A stretch of DNA of 64,000 nucleotides from an uncultured Pelobacter sp. (GCA_964601865.1 CAZRPI010000001.1:4625-68624), one strand, 5' to 3'. Numbered from the stretch's first letter, positions 8,254 through 18,662 are shown. A program made the numbers and translations. Notes: a model not told the origin generated them from the letters alone.

Positions 8254-9054
8254 ATGCTAAGACGGACTGCTTGTCTGATAATCACCGGTCTTACGGCATT
8301 CTCCCTGAATGGCTGCCTCGTCGCGGAAAGCACCTACCTGAAAAAAGTGGAAGAGACCGACAACCTGAACAGGGAGTATGGCGACCTGAAGCTGAGATAT
8401 GAAAAGCTGACGGCCGAAAACGCCGCCCTCAAGACAGAGGTGGCCACCCTGCAGAAGGGGAGGCAGGACCTGGAACAACTGCTGAAGGCCAAAACCGATA
8501 CCCTCTCGCACAGTGTCGGTGAGTTGCGCCAGAAGATCTCCGCGCTGGAAGCCGAAAACAGCGAGCTGAGAAAGGCGAAGGAGGAAAAGGTCAGGGAGGC
8601 CGGCGACATCTACGAAAAGCTGCTTCGCGACCTGAAGAGCGAGATCGCCCAGGGTCAGGTGACCATATCGGAATTGAAGGGTAAACTGACTATCACGATG
8701 GAGGCGGCCATGCTCTTCGATTCCGGAAAGGCCGATATCAGACCGGACGGCCTGGCGGTGCTCCAGAAGATGGTTGGAACCCTGAAGGGGACCAGGGAGA
8801 GGACGATTCGTATCGAGGGTCATACGGACAACGTGGCCATAATCGGCGCCCTGAGTCGTATGTTCCCGACCAACTGGGAGCTCTCGGCCGCGCGGGCCGT
8901 CAATGTCACAAGGCACCTGCAGCGCCAGGGGATCGATCCGGCGGTCCTTTCAGCCACAGCCTACGGAGAGTACCGACCAATAGCCGACAACGGCACGAAG
9001 GAGGGGCGCAGCAGGAACCGGCGCATTGAAATCACCCTGGTGGCCAGAGACTGA
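8254..9054 (+). CDS. OmpA/MotB-domain lipoprotein with long coiled coil
   Basis: Signal peptide with lipobox FSLNGC. A heptad-rich region runs from residue ~30 to ~150. The C-terminus reads RIEGHTDNVAI...NWELSAARAVNV...RNRRIEI. GGAGA lies upstream of ATG 8254. Confidence 0.85.
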   Translation: MLRRTACLIITGLTAFSLNGCLVAESTYLKKVEETDNLNREYGDLKLRYEKLTAENAALKTEVATLQKGRQDLEQLLKAKTDTLSHSVGELRQKISALEAENSELRKAKEEKVREAGDIYEKLLRDLKSEIAQGQVTISELKGKLTITMEAAMLFDSGKADIRPDGLAVLQKMVGTLKGTRERTIRIEGHTDNVAIIGALSRMFPTNWELSAARAVNVTRHLQRQGIDPAVLSATAYGEYRPIADNGTKEGRSRNRRIEITLVARD

Positions 9055-9755
9055 TGGCAAAAAAGAAGTCCCGCCATAACCCGCCCAAACCGGCCGAATT
9101 CCGCGCCACCCCTTTCAGCGCCCTGAAGGGAGTAACCATTGCCGAGCCGTCGAAGCAACCGGCGCCGCCCAGGCCCGAGAAGAAACCGAAATCGGCCGCG
9201 GAGGACGATACCGAGCTTTTTCTGCGGGCAATGGACGATGTTACACGGCTGAACGGTTCCCCATCCCTTCCCGCCAAGACTCCGCAGCGGTCGCTACCGA
9301 CCGGCTCAGCCGGCCAGGCCACGACCGGGCGTCAGAGTGAAAAAGAGCTCATCGACGGCGAAATATTCTCCAGGGCGATAGATCAGCTCAAGCTGGACGT
9401 AACCTTCAGTGACCACACTCCGGAGAATGAAGAAATCAGGCCACTGGGTCCCAACCGTTTGCGCCAGCTGAAGCGTGGCATCGTCTCGGTTGATCGCCAA
9501 CTGGACCTGCACGGCCTGACCCGCGATGAGGCGCTGGATGCCCTGCCCCGTTTTATTCAAAAGGCGGCAGAGCATGGAGCAAAGGCGGTGCTCGTCATTA
9601 CCGGCAAGGGGAACAACTCTCCGGCGGAACCGGTATTGCAGCAGGTTGTGGTCGGGTGGTTGCGTGACGCGGGGAAGCGACTGGTTGTTGAGTTTGCTCC
9701 GGCGCCGCGGGAGATGGGGGGAAGTGGGGCTCTGGTGGTTTTTCTGAGAAGCTGA
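9054..9755 (+). CDS. Smr-domain protein
   Basis: The C-terminus reads DLHGLTRDEALDALPRFIQKAAEHGAKAVLVITGKG, a typical Smr/MutS2 C-terminal domain. The start overlaps the upstream stop (TGATG). Confidence 0.8.
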   Translation: MAKKKSRHNPPKPAEFRATPFSALKGVTIAEPSKQPAPPRPEKKPKSAAEDDTELFLRAMDDVTRLNGSPSLPAKTPQRSLPTGSAGQATTGRQSEKELIDGEIFSRAIDQLKLDVTFSDHTPENEEIRPLGPNRLRQLKRGIVSVDRQLDLHGLTRDEALDALPRFIQKAAEHGAKAVLVITGKGNNSPAEPVLQQVVVGWLRDAGKRLVVEFAPAPREMGGSGALVVFLRS

Positions 9756-9856
9756 ACTGTCTACCCCGTCCAGCCAAGCGGCAACCACCAGGAGAACGGC
9801 TTCAAAAAAAACGGGCGGCATCCGACGAAAGGAAACTGCCCGTTGCCCTTATGCCA

Positions 9857-11155
9857 TCAGAAGGGATACCCAAGGCCGACGAATACGGCCGGTCCCTCTT
9901 TTCCGATCCCCAGATCAACCCGGCCGACGATGTTGGGACGGACAACCGCGCGGAATCCGATCCCCGGATTGATCTCGAAGCTGTGGGTATCCGCCTTGTC
10001 CAGCGACTCCATTACGGCGCCCATATCCACGAACGGCGCCACCTCCCAGTCGGCGGTGACGTTGAAAATTTCCCAGCGGAAAAGCCGGATACGCTCCTCC
10101 AGGTTGCAGAGCAGGAAGCTGTTGTCGATAAAGCGGTTGCGTCCGAAACCGCGCAGGGTGGTTTCACCGCCCAGGATACTCCGCTCGAGGAACGGGACAT
10201 CGTGCCCCAGGGTCTGGTTGTACATCAACCGGAACACGCTGATATAACGGGCATTGTCAAGGGGATAATACCCTTTTACCTCAGCTTCGTAGTGACGGTA
10301 ATCCGCCTCGCTCCCCAGAGCCCTGATGCTCCCCTCCACGGAAAGCCTCACATAACCGCCGTATGTGGGAGTATCCCTGCTGTCCAGAGTGTTGTAGATT
10401 ATAGCCGCTCGCGGCGCATGGACCGTAAACCCCCCCAACCCCGGGACATCCTTCTCGGAAAACTTGTCCTTGATGTAGGGGACCTTTTTGACGGCGCCCT
10501 TCTCAATGGTGACGTTGCGGAACCTGTCGCCAACCACCAGCTGGAAATTCTTGGCGAAATTGTATCCGGCCGAAATGGTTACGCCGACCTCGTTATTGGC
10601 ATAGTTGGTTTCGTGTTTGTAGGGGCTGTTTGCCTGAAAGCCGTAGAAACGAGACGATCCGTCGGACAGCTTGAAGACGAAGGCGTTGAGTTCCAGCTTT
10701 TTGTTCATCAGGGTATTGTCACGGATCTTGAACTCGTAATCATGGTTGACCTTGGTGGATTGTGACATGTTGAACTCTATGTTGCGCTCGGGAGAAAAGT
10801 ACATGGCGCCGTACAGAGAGCCAGTGATGCCGAAACTGCTGTTCTTGTTCACCTGAGGGGCGAGGAGAGTTGCAATCTCGTCGTTCTTGTTGTGAAACAG
10901 AAACGCCGACAACGCGCCGTAGGTTATCCCTTCGTTCGGGCTTGAGCCGATTACCGGAAGGGGGACAGTTACCAGCTTGATCTTCTCGGCGCAGGTATCG
11001 CACGGCGTCAGCATCAGCTTCTCGCGGGGGATGTAATTGGTGCAACCGCCGACAAGCAGGGCCAGAAGTAAAATCAACGGCAAGACGAAGCGATACATAA
11101 GGTTTTTCAACCGTTTCTGCATACAATGTTTGAGCATAGCGGATGTATGTATCAT
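9857..11155 (-). CDS. BamA/TamA-family (surface antigen, Bac_surface_Ag) outer-membrane beta-barrel lipoprotein
   Basis: Lipobox LLVGGC, alternating beta-strand pattern and a terminal ...VFVGLGYPF. AGAGGAAG lies upstream of ATG 11155. Confidence 0.75.
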   Translation of the reverse strand: MIHTSAMLKHCMQKRLKNLMYRFVLPLILLLALLVGGCTNYIPREKLMLTPCDTCAEKIKLVTVPLPVIGSSPNEGITYGALSAFLFHNKNDEIATLLAPQVNKNSSFGITGSLYGAMYFSPERNIEFNMSQSTKVNHDYEFKIRDNTLMNKKLELNAFVFKLSDGSSRFYGFQANSPYKHETNYANNEVGVTISAGYNFAKNFQLVVGDRFRNVTIEKGAVKKVPYIKDKFSEKDVPGLGGFTVHAPRAAIIYNTLDSRDTPTYGGYVRLSVEGSIRALGSEADYRHYEAEVKGYYPLDNARYISVFRLMYNQTLGHDVPFLERSILGGETTLRGFGRNRFIDNSFLLCNLEERIRLFRWEIFNVTADWEVAPFVDMGAVMESLDKADTHSFEINPGIGFRAVVRPNIVGRVDLGIGKEGPAVFVGLGYPF

Positions 11156-11196
11156 TCAATGCTTCCTCTGTCAATAACCCTCTTTAGCGATCACGC

Positions 11197-11225
11197 TTGT
11201 TTACTTCCCATTGCTAAGATATATT
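11197..11225 (+). promoter_or_regulatory. possible sigma-70-like promoter TTGTTT-N17-TATATT
   Basis: Motif spacing was counted by hand. It lies upstream of the histidine kinase gene. Confidence 0.2.
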
Positions 11226-11266
11226 GCGGAATATCCGTTTTGATCAGCCAATGAAACAGGGTAATC

Positions 11267-12718
11267 ATGAACCTTAACACCAAACTTGTCATCATCATGC
11301 TATCTCTGCTGGTCCTTGCCTTGCTGACCCTCTTCATCCTCAACCAGTATGCCCAGAACGATCTGGTCAAAGAGATTCAGGAGAGTTCCCAGGAAATCTC
11401 AAAAGCGGTTCAGATAAGCATCGAGGATCTCACCTCCGAAGCCGAAACCTCACGCCTTAACGAGTACCTCCTCAAGGCCCGGGAAAGGGGCATCAATGAA
11501 ATCAACATCATCAACATAGAGGGCGAGATCATCGACTCGTCCGATCCGGAAAAGATCGGCAAAAGGCGCGAACTCAAGAAGCTGGAAAAGGGAATCCATG
11601 CCGCTCCGCGAACCAGCGGCAGAAGCGGCGGCCTGGCCCAGAAACCCTACGAGGTGGTTGTGCCGGTCATAGTGGGGGATGAGCACCTGGGGTACGTTCA
11701 GATCAACATGCTTCTGGACAACATCCGCGACCTGCAGCACGCCAACTTCCTCCGTCGCCTCTTTGCCACGGGCATGGTTTTCGCCTTCGGCATTGCCCTG
11801 ACCATTTTTCTGGCGCGGCGCTACACCGAACCGATCCACAACCTGGTCGAGGACTTCAAACGTGTGTCCGCCGGGGATCTATCCGTAACCATCCCGGTGG
11901 AGAGCGAGGATGAAATCGGCGAACTGGCGGTCGGCTTCAACAATATGGTTGAAAAACTTCGGGAACGGGAGGCCCTGGAAAAACGGCTCAACGAGGCCGA
12001 GCATCTCTCCCGGGTCGGCCAGCTGGCCGCGGGAATTGCCCACGAAATACGCAATCCTCTCAACTACATCAGCCTGGCTGTGGATCACCTGAAGACCGAG
12101 ATGCTCCCGGAGTGTCACGAGAGACGGGAAGAGCTTGAAGAACTGGTGGAGAAAATCAGGGAAGAGGTGCGGCGGACCAACTACATGGTGGTCAACTTCA
12201 TGAACTACGGCCGGCCGCTCAAACTTCGACGCGCCTCGGTCCCCTACGGCGATCTCCTGGCAAAGGTGCTGCCGCTCGTACAGGAACGCCTGACCGAGCA
12301 GCACATCACCGTGGAGCAGCGGTTTTCCAACGACCTGCCGCCGCTGTGGGTTGATCCGGAACTGCTCCGAAACTGCATCCTGAACTTCGTCAACAACGCG
12401 GCCCAGGCCATGCCCGACGGCGGCGTCATCACCCTGGGAGCCGCACCGGAAGCGGGGCGGATTCGCCTGACCTTCGCCGACCAGGGCAAGGGCATCGCAG
12501 CGGAAGACATCGACAAGATATTCAAGCCATATTTCACCACCAGGGATGTGGGTATTGGACTGGGACTGGCAATCACCGAACGGATCGTCAAGGAGCACGG
12601 CGGCGCCATAGATGTTGAAAGCGAGCCGGGCAAAGGTACGACCTTTGTCGTTCTCCTCCCCCTGCACCCGGAGCCGAACGGAAATTCTTCGGAACCATCC
12701 GAAACATTAAAGACTTGA
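11267..12718 (+). CDS. sensor histidine kinase (TM-sensor-TM, HAMP, HisKA, HATPase_c)
   Basis: Two hydrophobic segments, H-box AAGIAHEIRNPLN, N-box NFVNNAAQAM, and G-boxes DQGKGI and GIGLGLAI. Confidence 0.9.
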   Translation: MNLNTKLVIIMLSLLVLALLTLFILNQYAQNDLVKEIQESSQEISKAVQISIEDLTSEAETSRLNEYLLKARERGINEINIINIEGEIIDSSDPEKIGKRRELKKLEKGIHAAPRTSGRSGGLAQKPYEVVVPVIVGDEHLGYVQINMLLDNIRDLQHANFLRRLFATGMVFAFGIALTIFLARRYTEPIHNLVEDFKRVSAGDLSVTIPVESEDEIGELAVGFNNMVEKLREREALEKRLNEAEHLSRVGQLAAGIAHEIRNPLNYISLAVDHLKTEMLPECHERREELEELVEKIREEVRRTNYMVVNFMNYGRPLKLRRASVPYGDLLAKVLPLVQERLTEQHITVEQRFSNDLPPLWVDPELLRNCILNFVNNAAQAMPDGGVITLGAAPEAGRIRLTFADQGKGIAAEDIDKIFKPYFTTRDVGIGLGLAITERIVKEHGGAIDVESEPGKGTTFVVLLPLHPEPNGNSSEPSETLKT

Positions 12719-12736
12719 GAGACCGAGGCGCATCAC

Positions 12737-14134
12737 ATGAACAACCAGCGGAAAGCCGGAAGCATACTGATTGTCGACGACGAGAGGGGACAACGGGACA
12801 TCCTTAAATTGATCCTCAACAGGGAGGGGTATGAGATCGTCGATGTCCCGGGAGTGCGGGAGGCATTGGAGCAACTGGAAAGGCGCGAGTTCGACCTGAT
12901 CCTGACCGACCTGAAAATGCAGGGACAGAGCGGACTCGATCTGCTCGACAAGGTTCTGGCCGACGATCCGCAGCAATGCGTGATCCTGATGACTGCCCAT
13001 GGCTCGGTCGACTCCGCGGTCGAGGCCATGCGCAAGGGCGCCTTCGATTATCTGGAAAAACCGCTGGAACGTGACAATTTGGTATTGACTTTGCAGAGAG
13101 CATTTGAACGCATCGGCCTGGTACGCGAGAATCGGGTGCTGCAGAAGCGGGTCGCCTCGACGATGACGATTCCCAGCATCATGGGTGATCATCCCAAGAT
13201 GTGCGAAGTATTCCGGATTGTCACCAAGATCGCGGCAACCAATTCCACGGTGCTGATCGTCGGGGAATCGGGCACCGGCAAGGAACTGGTCGCCAGGGCG
13301 ATCCACGAGGGAAGCCAGCGTCGGGACAGGCCCTTCATGGCCATCAACTGCGCGGCCATACCCGAAACCCTGATTGAGAGCGAACTGTTCGGCCATGAAA
13401 AGGGGAGCTTTACCGGCGCCAATGCCCGTGAACTGGGCGTTTTCGAGGCGGCCGACGGAGGAACGGTTTTTCTGGATGAAATCGGGGAGATGAATATCTC
13501 CATGCAGGCCAAGCTGCTGCGCGCCATCCAGGAAAAGGAGATCCGCCGGGTCGGCGGCAAGGTCAACATTCCGCTGGATGTCAGGATCATCTCCGCCACC
13601 AACAAGGAACTGGAACAGGAGATAAGGCGGGGAAACTTCCGGGAGGACTTGTTCTACCGCCTCAACGTCATCCGGATCAATCTGCCCCCCCTGCGCGAAC
13701 GGGGGAACGATGTCAAAACTTTGGCAGAGTTCTTTGTCAAAAAATACAGCCAGACAGGCGGCGTCGCGGTCGTGGGGATCTCGAAGGCGGCCCTCAAGCT
13801 CCTGATGAGCTACTCCTGGCCCGGCAACGTCCGCCAGCTGGAATCGGTCATCGAGCGGGCGGCGCTGATGGCCGAGAGCAACTTTATCGAGCCCGGCGAC
13901 CTGCCGAGCGAAATAACGGCGACTTCGCTCCTGGCCGGGGGCGTTCCCTTCGACCTGCCGCCGGAGGGAATCGACATCGAGACACTGGAGAAAAACCTGA
14001 TCATCAAGGCCATGGAGCGAGCGGACTGGGTCATCGGCAAGGCGGCTCCGCTTCTGGGCATGAGTTACAAGACCCTGCAGTACCGGCTGGAAAAATTCGA
14101 TATCGAACGGCCCGAGAAAAGACACAGGGGGTGA
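12737..14134 (+). CDS. sigma-54-dependent response regulator (NtrC/AtoC family)
   Basis: Receiver domain (ILIVDDE, LILTDLKMQG). AAA+ domain with GESGTGKE, sigma-54 contact loop EKGSFTGA and ESELFGHE. C-terminal HTH. Confidence 0.92.
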   Translation: MNNQRKAGSILIVDDERGQRDILKLILNREGYEIVDVPGVREALEQLERREFDLILTDLKMQGQSGLDLLDKVLADDPQQCVILMTAHGSVDSAVEAMRKGAFDYLEKPLERDNLVLTLQRAFERIGLVRENRVLQKRVASTMTIPSIMGDHPKMCEVFRIVTKIAATNSTVLIVGESGTGKELVARAIHEGSQRRDRPFMAINCAAIPETLIESELFGHEKGSFTGANARELGVFEAADGGTVFLDEIGEMNISMQAKLLRAIQEKEIRRVGGKVNIPLDVRIISATNKELEQEIRRGNFREDLFYRLNVIRINLPPLRERGNDVKTLAEFFVKKYSQTGGVAVVGISKAALKLLMSYSWPGNVRQLESVIERAALMAESNFIEPGDLPSEITATSLLAGGVPFDLPPEGIDIETLEKNLIIKAMERADWVIGKAAPLLGMSYKTLQYRLEKFDIERPEKRHRG

Positions 14135-14323
14135 TGACTTTTCTCCGCTCCCCGTCTTTCTCCATAACCTTTTTTGGTGGCGATGCGATGCACCGGCAAG
14201 AACGCTCCGCCAGTCGAGATATTTGCGTTTCCAGCAGAATCGCGCCAACGGCTGTGACCGGTCAGACCAACCGTTTGCGGTCATGCCTCCCACAACACCA
14301 GAGAAACCGGCAAGCGGACGAAC

Positions 14324-15628
14324 ATGAACATCCTCATTATCGGCAGTGACTATTTCTCTCTCGCAACCGACCCGGCCTACAGAACCGTGGTTCTCGGCCA
14401 GCCGGACGTTCTACGTCCCCCTCCCCCCACCCTGTCGTCACTACTACACCGGCACTGCCCGGAATTTTCACCGGATATCGTTCTCTATACCGATGAGAGC
14501 AAACTCCCGACCCTGACCGGACTGGAAGACCTGGAAATCCCCCTCTTCGGCTATCTCATCGACTCCCATATCCATTACGGCTGGCACCGCGAGTTCGCCG
14601 GAATGTTCGACCATGTTTTCGTCGCGCAAAGGGACTGCTGCGACAGCATAAACCGCCACACCGGCAACTGCGGCTGGTTGCCGCTCTTTGCGGCTCCGGA
14701 GCCGGCAGTCGCAGAAGAGGTGATCCATGATGTTTCATTCGTGGGGACCCTCGACAGGGGACTGAATCCCGACCGCGTATCCTTCATCGAATCACTGGCC
14801 CGCCTGGTGCCTCTCAATGTGCATTCCGGAGCTTTTTCCCGGATCTTCAGGCAGTCGAGGATCGTACTCAATCAATCGGTCAAAACGGATATCAATTTCA
14901 GGGTATTCGAGGCGCTGGCAAGCGGAAGTCTTCTCCTTACGGATAACGTCGACAACGGCATGAATGATCTGCTTGAAGAGGGGAAGCATTTCGTCAGCTA
15001 CAGAAAAAACGATCCCGAAGACGCGGCACGGAAAATCAGATATTTCCTCGAACACGAAGAAGAACGCCAAACCATCGCCCGGGCTGGGCATGAGGCCATG
15101 GTAACGAGGCATACGAAGGATATCCGCAGACGCCAGCTCATGAACGGGATTACCTCGCTCATCTCCGAGTGGGGTGGCAAAAATCCGGGGATCAGCCGGG
15201 AGCAGAGGCGTAACGCGGCGGCAAGAACCTATCTCATCGTGGCGCGCCTTGCAACCGACCTTAGGAGAGAATGCGGAATCCAGATTCCGGGGCGGGATGG
15301 CTACGTTGATCTTGCTGAAATATGCCTGCAGCGGATCAAGGACCATGGTAACATTGAGTTCGTCGTGCGTGACCTGGCCTGGATCAGCATCCTCAGAAAC
15401 AGACGTGATGCCGCAAAAGCGGCCTTAAGCGCAGCGATGCGCATGGGCGCGGCTGATGTCGAGACCTTTATCTGCGCGGCAGATCTCGCGTCCGATCAAA
15501 GGGAGGCGAAGGAACATCTGGCCACAGCAATGAACCTCCTGCAGGGCTATAGTGAGAGCGACCCGCTTTATTATGAATCCTGCTTTGATCAGTTGCTTCT
15601 GTTGGCAAAACGTACCGGCGCAATTTAA
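14324..15628 (+). CDS. CgeB-like glycosyltransferase (DUF3880 / Glyco_trans_1_2 type)
   Basis: Contains FRVFEALASGSLLLTDNVDNGMNDLLEEGKHFVSYRKNDPEDAARKIRYFLEHEEERQTIARAGHEAMVTRHT, the signature of the CgeB-type GT-B C-terminal domain. Confidence 0.7.
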   Translation: MNILIIGSDYFSLATDPAYRTVVLGQPDVLRPPPPTLSSLLHRHCPEFSPDIVLYTDESKLPTLTGLEDLEIPLFGYLIDSHIHYGWHREFAGMFDHVFVAQRDCCDSINRHTGNCGWLPLFAAPEPAVAEEVIHDVSFVGTLDRGLNPDRVSFIESLARLVPLNVHSGAFSRIFRQSRIVLNQSVKTDINFRVFEALASGSLLLTDNVDNGMNDLLEEGKHFVSYRKNDPEDAARKIRYFLEHEEERQTIARAGHEAMVTRHTKDIRRRQLMNGITSLISEWGGKNPGISREQRRNAAARTYLIVARLATDLRRECGIQIPGRDGYVDLAEICLQRIKDHGNIEFVVRDLAWISILRNRRDAAKAALSAAMRMGAADVETFICAADLASDQREAKEHLATAMNLLQGYSESDPLYYESCFDQLLLLAKRTGAI

Positions 15629-15859
15629 TCCCGTACCATGAAACTCCGCGTCTGAGGCATGTTCATTGCTTGAATCTATAGATTTTTATTTATCTGGCCT
15701 GTTTTTGACACACAGAGAGGAATACACGGTGAAAGTCAATCATTTCTGCCGTAGCAGCAAATCGGTTGTACCATGTTATTCCAGACGACCAAATTCTTCT
15801 GTACGCAACCCATAGACTGAATTGATATTAACCCTCATCAGCGTGGAGATTATCGGCTT

Positions 15860-18628
15860 ATGATTGCTATTAATAATTGCCATGGCAAAGAACAGAAAAC
15901 TGAAATCGATCTTCCATTTATGGACAAGAACGAAATTGAAGCAATTAAAATATGCCTTGGTTTGTTTGACGGACCAATAAAAGCGCTGGAATGGGGCAGC
16001 GGGAATAGTACCCTTTTTTTCTCATCCCTGTTGCAGCCCGGAAGTTCCTGGATTGCATTGGAGCACGATGCGGCTTGGTATAAAGAGATGGAAACCAAGA
16101 TTTCAAGGCATCCATCCTCATGTGCTTCCGCCATCTTGATTCCACCAGGCAGATCATTCGACGGACTCACCGATGGTGATTTTGACACCTTTCGTGATTA
16201 TGTGTTGACCCCGGCCCGTATGGGAACTACCTTCGACTTCATTCTTGTTGATGGACGCGCCAGAACCGAATGCCTGATGATGGGATGGAAGTTACTAAAT
16301 GAAGACGGTGCAATGGTACTACATGACGCACAAAGAAGGGAATATTGCGCGGGCATCCCAAAAGACTGCTTCTCCATACGGCTTACTAATCCGAACGTGA
16401 ACGTAGAAGGCCCTATCACAATGCTGTTTATGACCAAACGGCACCATCTGGCCAAATCGCTAGAACTGAAATTACGGCACCATCTGGAAAACGATGGACT
16501 ACTCGTAACGTCAGATCTTGCCGAGATTGGCAATCATGGTTCATGGAACGGCACCTGCCCGACCAATAACAAAAACAATATTATCCCTAGTAATGCACCT
16601 CAAGCTTGCGGAAAAAATGACATGGCTCGTTTTACAGATGCAGATTCATCCAAAATCAACAATTCAACCGAACTTTACGAAAAAATTCTGTCAAACAAAA
16701 ATAAAATTTTTGATGAAATCAGGTCCAAAAGGACATTGCCACCATACGAATCTGATAATATTGCAACCAATACCAGGCGCTGTCTATTCTTAAACACCTA
16801 CTATTTGGCATTTATCGAAAATCACTATCAACAGCACCAGGAGTTGGCATCTGAATCATACGCCGTGCAAAAACAATCTCTTGTTGGCAAATGCTTTGGG
16901 GACAGCGACTTTTATTCTGCAAATCTGGCAAGAGCGGGTTGGGATACCGAGGATCTCATCATCAACTGCACTCCGTTACAGCAGGCCTGGGCTCGTGAGA
17001 ACAATTTTCATGGTGAGGGATTCAATGTCGCCATTGAGCAAGTACGGCGGGCACGCCCGGACGCAGTTTACATCCAGGATTTCGGTGTCTGTACGAAAAA
17101 CTTTATTGATGCAATCCGGCCATATACCAGGCTGATCATAGGTCAAATCGCGTCCCCGGTCCCGCCGCAGACCCATGTCCCGGGACTGGATATTATCATA
17201 TCGTCTTTTCCTCACTTCGTTGACCGTTTCCGTAAAGACGGTATCACTTCATACTATCAACCTCTGGCATTTGAACAGCGCGTACTGGATAAGGTTCCCA
17301 TTAACAATTATGAAATGCGGCCGATAGAATGTTCGTTTGTTGGTGGCTTGTCGCCGCACCACAGCAAAGGATATGGTCTGTTGGAATTCCTTGCCCGGGA
17401 AGTTCCAATTCGCTTCTGGGGTTATGGCGCCGACCGCCTGCCTGAAGATTCGGCCATAAGAGGTCGCCACCATGGTGAGGTTTGGGGCGAGGACATGTTC
17501 CGAATTCTGTCCGCCTCGAAAATCACGATCAATCGCCACATAGACGTAGCTGAAAACAATGCCAACAATATGCGGCTCTTTGAGGCCACAGGCTGCGGCG
17601 CGCTCCTGATTACCGATTACAAGGACAACCTGAGTGACCTGTTCGAAATTGGCAAAGAAGTTGTTGCATATCGTTCACCAGAGGAATGCGTTGCGCTGGT
17701 CAGGTACTACCTTGCCCACCCGGATAGGGCTGCCGCCATCGCCAAGGCAGGTCAGGAGAAGACGCTCAGGGAGCACTCCTACGGACTGCGCATGCAACAC
17801 ACTGCCGAGATACTGGAACGTCATTTGCGCTACAGACTCGAAAAGGGGACTTTGCAAGTTCCAGCGCGCATTTCCGACGGTCACCAGTTAATATCACAGG
17901 CTGAAGTTACACAGGCAATGGAAAACGCGTGGAAGGACCCGACGATTCCCTTGCAGCAACGGGCACTTGTGCAAAACCAGTTGGAGCAGATGTATCAGGG
18001 CAGGGAAATCGTTCCGTTTCAGTCCTTGGCAAGTATCCTTGCCCCATTTGTTCGCATCGGGGACTCGGTTCTGGAAATTGGCTGCGCAAGCGGTTACTAT
18101 TACGAAGTACTGGAGTACCTCCTCAAGAAACGAATTTCCTACACCGGCGTGGATTATTCGGAACCCATGATAAAGCTTGCGAAAGACTACTATCCGGCAG
18201 CAACATTTTATACGGCGGATGGCGCAAGCCTTTTCTTTGAAGACCGCCGATTTCACACCGTCATTTCCTCGGGTGTATTACTTCATGTGCCAAACTGGCG
18301 CCAGCATGTGCTGGAAACGGTGAGGGTGGCTGATACCTACATTGTAGTATCAAGGACCCCGGTTTGTCGTTCCAATCCAACCCGCTACATGAAGAAATAC
18401 GCATATGGAGTTGAAACCGTCGAACTCATATTCAACGAGGACGAAATAATTCAAGAATTTCTCCAGCATGACCTGGAGTTGATCAGCGCCATCCAACTGG
18501 AGGGAAATCCGTCCGGTGACGAATACTCGGTAACGTATCTTTTCAGACGACCCGAGAGCAGGAGGCGCCAATGCTTAGGAAGCATATCAGGCTTGCCAGA
18601 CTCCTCAGCAGAGATTCGCGAAAAATGA
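15860..18628 (+). CDS. tri-domain protein: SAM methyltransferase - CgeB-like glycosyltransferase - SAM methyltransferase
   Basis: The N-terminus has LEWGSGNSTLFF...FDFILVDGRAR...MVLHDAQRREY. The middle has MRLFEATGCGALLITDYKDNLSDLFEIGKEVVAYRSPEE...AKAGQEKTLREHSY. The C-terminus has VLEIGCASGYYY...VDYSEPMIKLAK...ISSGVLLHVPNW. Confidence 0.8.
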   Translation: MIAINNCHGKEQKTEIDLPFMDKNEIEAIKICLGLFDGPIKALEWGSGNSTLFFSSLLQPGSSWIALEHDAAWYKEMETKISRHPSSCASAILIPPGRSFDGLTDGDFDTFRDYVLTPARMGTTFDFILVDGRARTECLMMGWKLLNEDGAMVLHDAQRREYCAGIPKDCFSIRLTNPNVNVEGPITMLFMTKRHHLAKSLELKLRHHLENDGLLVTSDLAEIGNHGSWNGTCPTNNKNNIIPSNAPQACGKNDMARFTDADSSKINNSTELYEKILSNKNKIFDEIRSKRTLPPYESDNIATNTRRCLFLNTYYLAFIENHYQQHQELASESYAVQKQSLVGKCFGDSDFYSANLARAGWDTEDLIINCTPLQQAWARENNFHGEGFNVAIEQVRRARPDAVYIQDFGVCTKNFIDAIRPYTRLIIGQIASPVPPQTHVPGLDIIISSFPHFVDRFRKDGITSYYQPLAFEQRVLDKVPINNYEMRPIECSFVGGLSPHHSKGYGLLEFLAREVPIRFWGYGADRLPEDSAIRGRHHGEVWGEDMFRILSASKITINRHIDVAENNANNMRLFEATGCGALLITDYKDNLSDLFEIGKEVVAYRSPEECVALVRYYLAHPDRAAAIAKAGQEKTLREHSYGLRMQHTAEILERHLRYRLEKGTLQVPARISDGHQLISQAEVTQAMENAWKDPTIPLQQRALVQNQLEQMYQGREIVPFQSLASILAPFVRIGDSVLEIGCASGYYYEVLEYLLKKRISYTGVDYSEPMIKLAKDYYPAATFYTADGASLFFEDRRFHTVISSGVLLHVPNWRQHVLETVRVADTYIVVSRTPVCRSNPTRYMKKYAYGVETVELIFNEDEIIQEFLQHDLELISAIQLEGNPSGDEYSVTYLFRRPESRRRQCLGSISGLPDSSAEIREK

Positions 18629-18662
18629 TGCGGCAAACAACCCGTTGCGCTGGAGAAAAATA

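Noticed and set aside
9843-10765. 134-aa and 304-aa plus-strand ORFs opposite the BamA/TamA-like gene
   Set aside because: The minus-strand product has a lipobox, an alternating beta-strand pattern and a C-terminal aromatic residue. The plus-strand products are low in complexity.
14170-14200. Possible sigma-54 promoter TGGCGATGCGATGCA downstream of the NtrC-type gene
   Set aside because: The GG and GC dinucleotides are 11 nt apart rather than 12, and the flanking consensus bases (TGGCAC, TTGCA/T) are poorly matched.
12707-14293. 528-aa ORF on the minus strand
   Set aside because: It lies antisense to the sigma-54 activator, whose Walker A, GAFTGA-like loop and receiver motifs are unambiguous. 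The shadow product has no recognisable domain.
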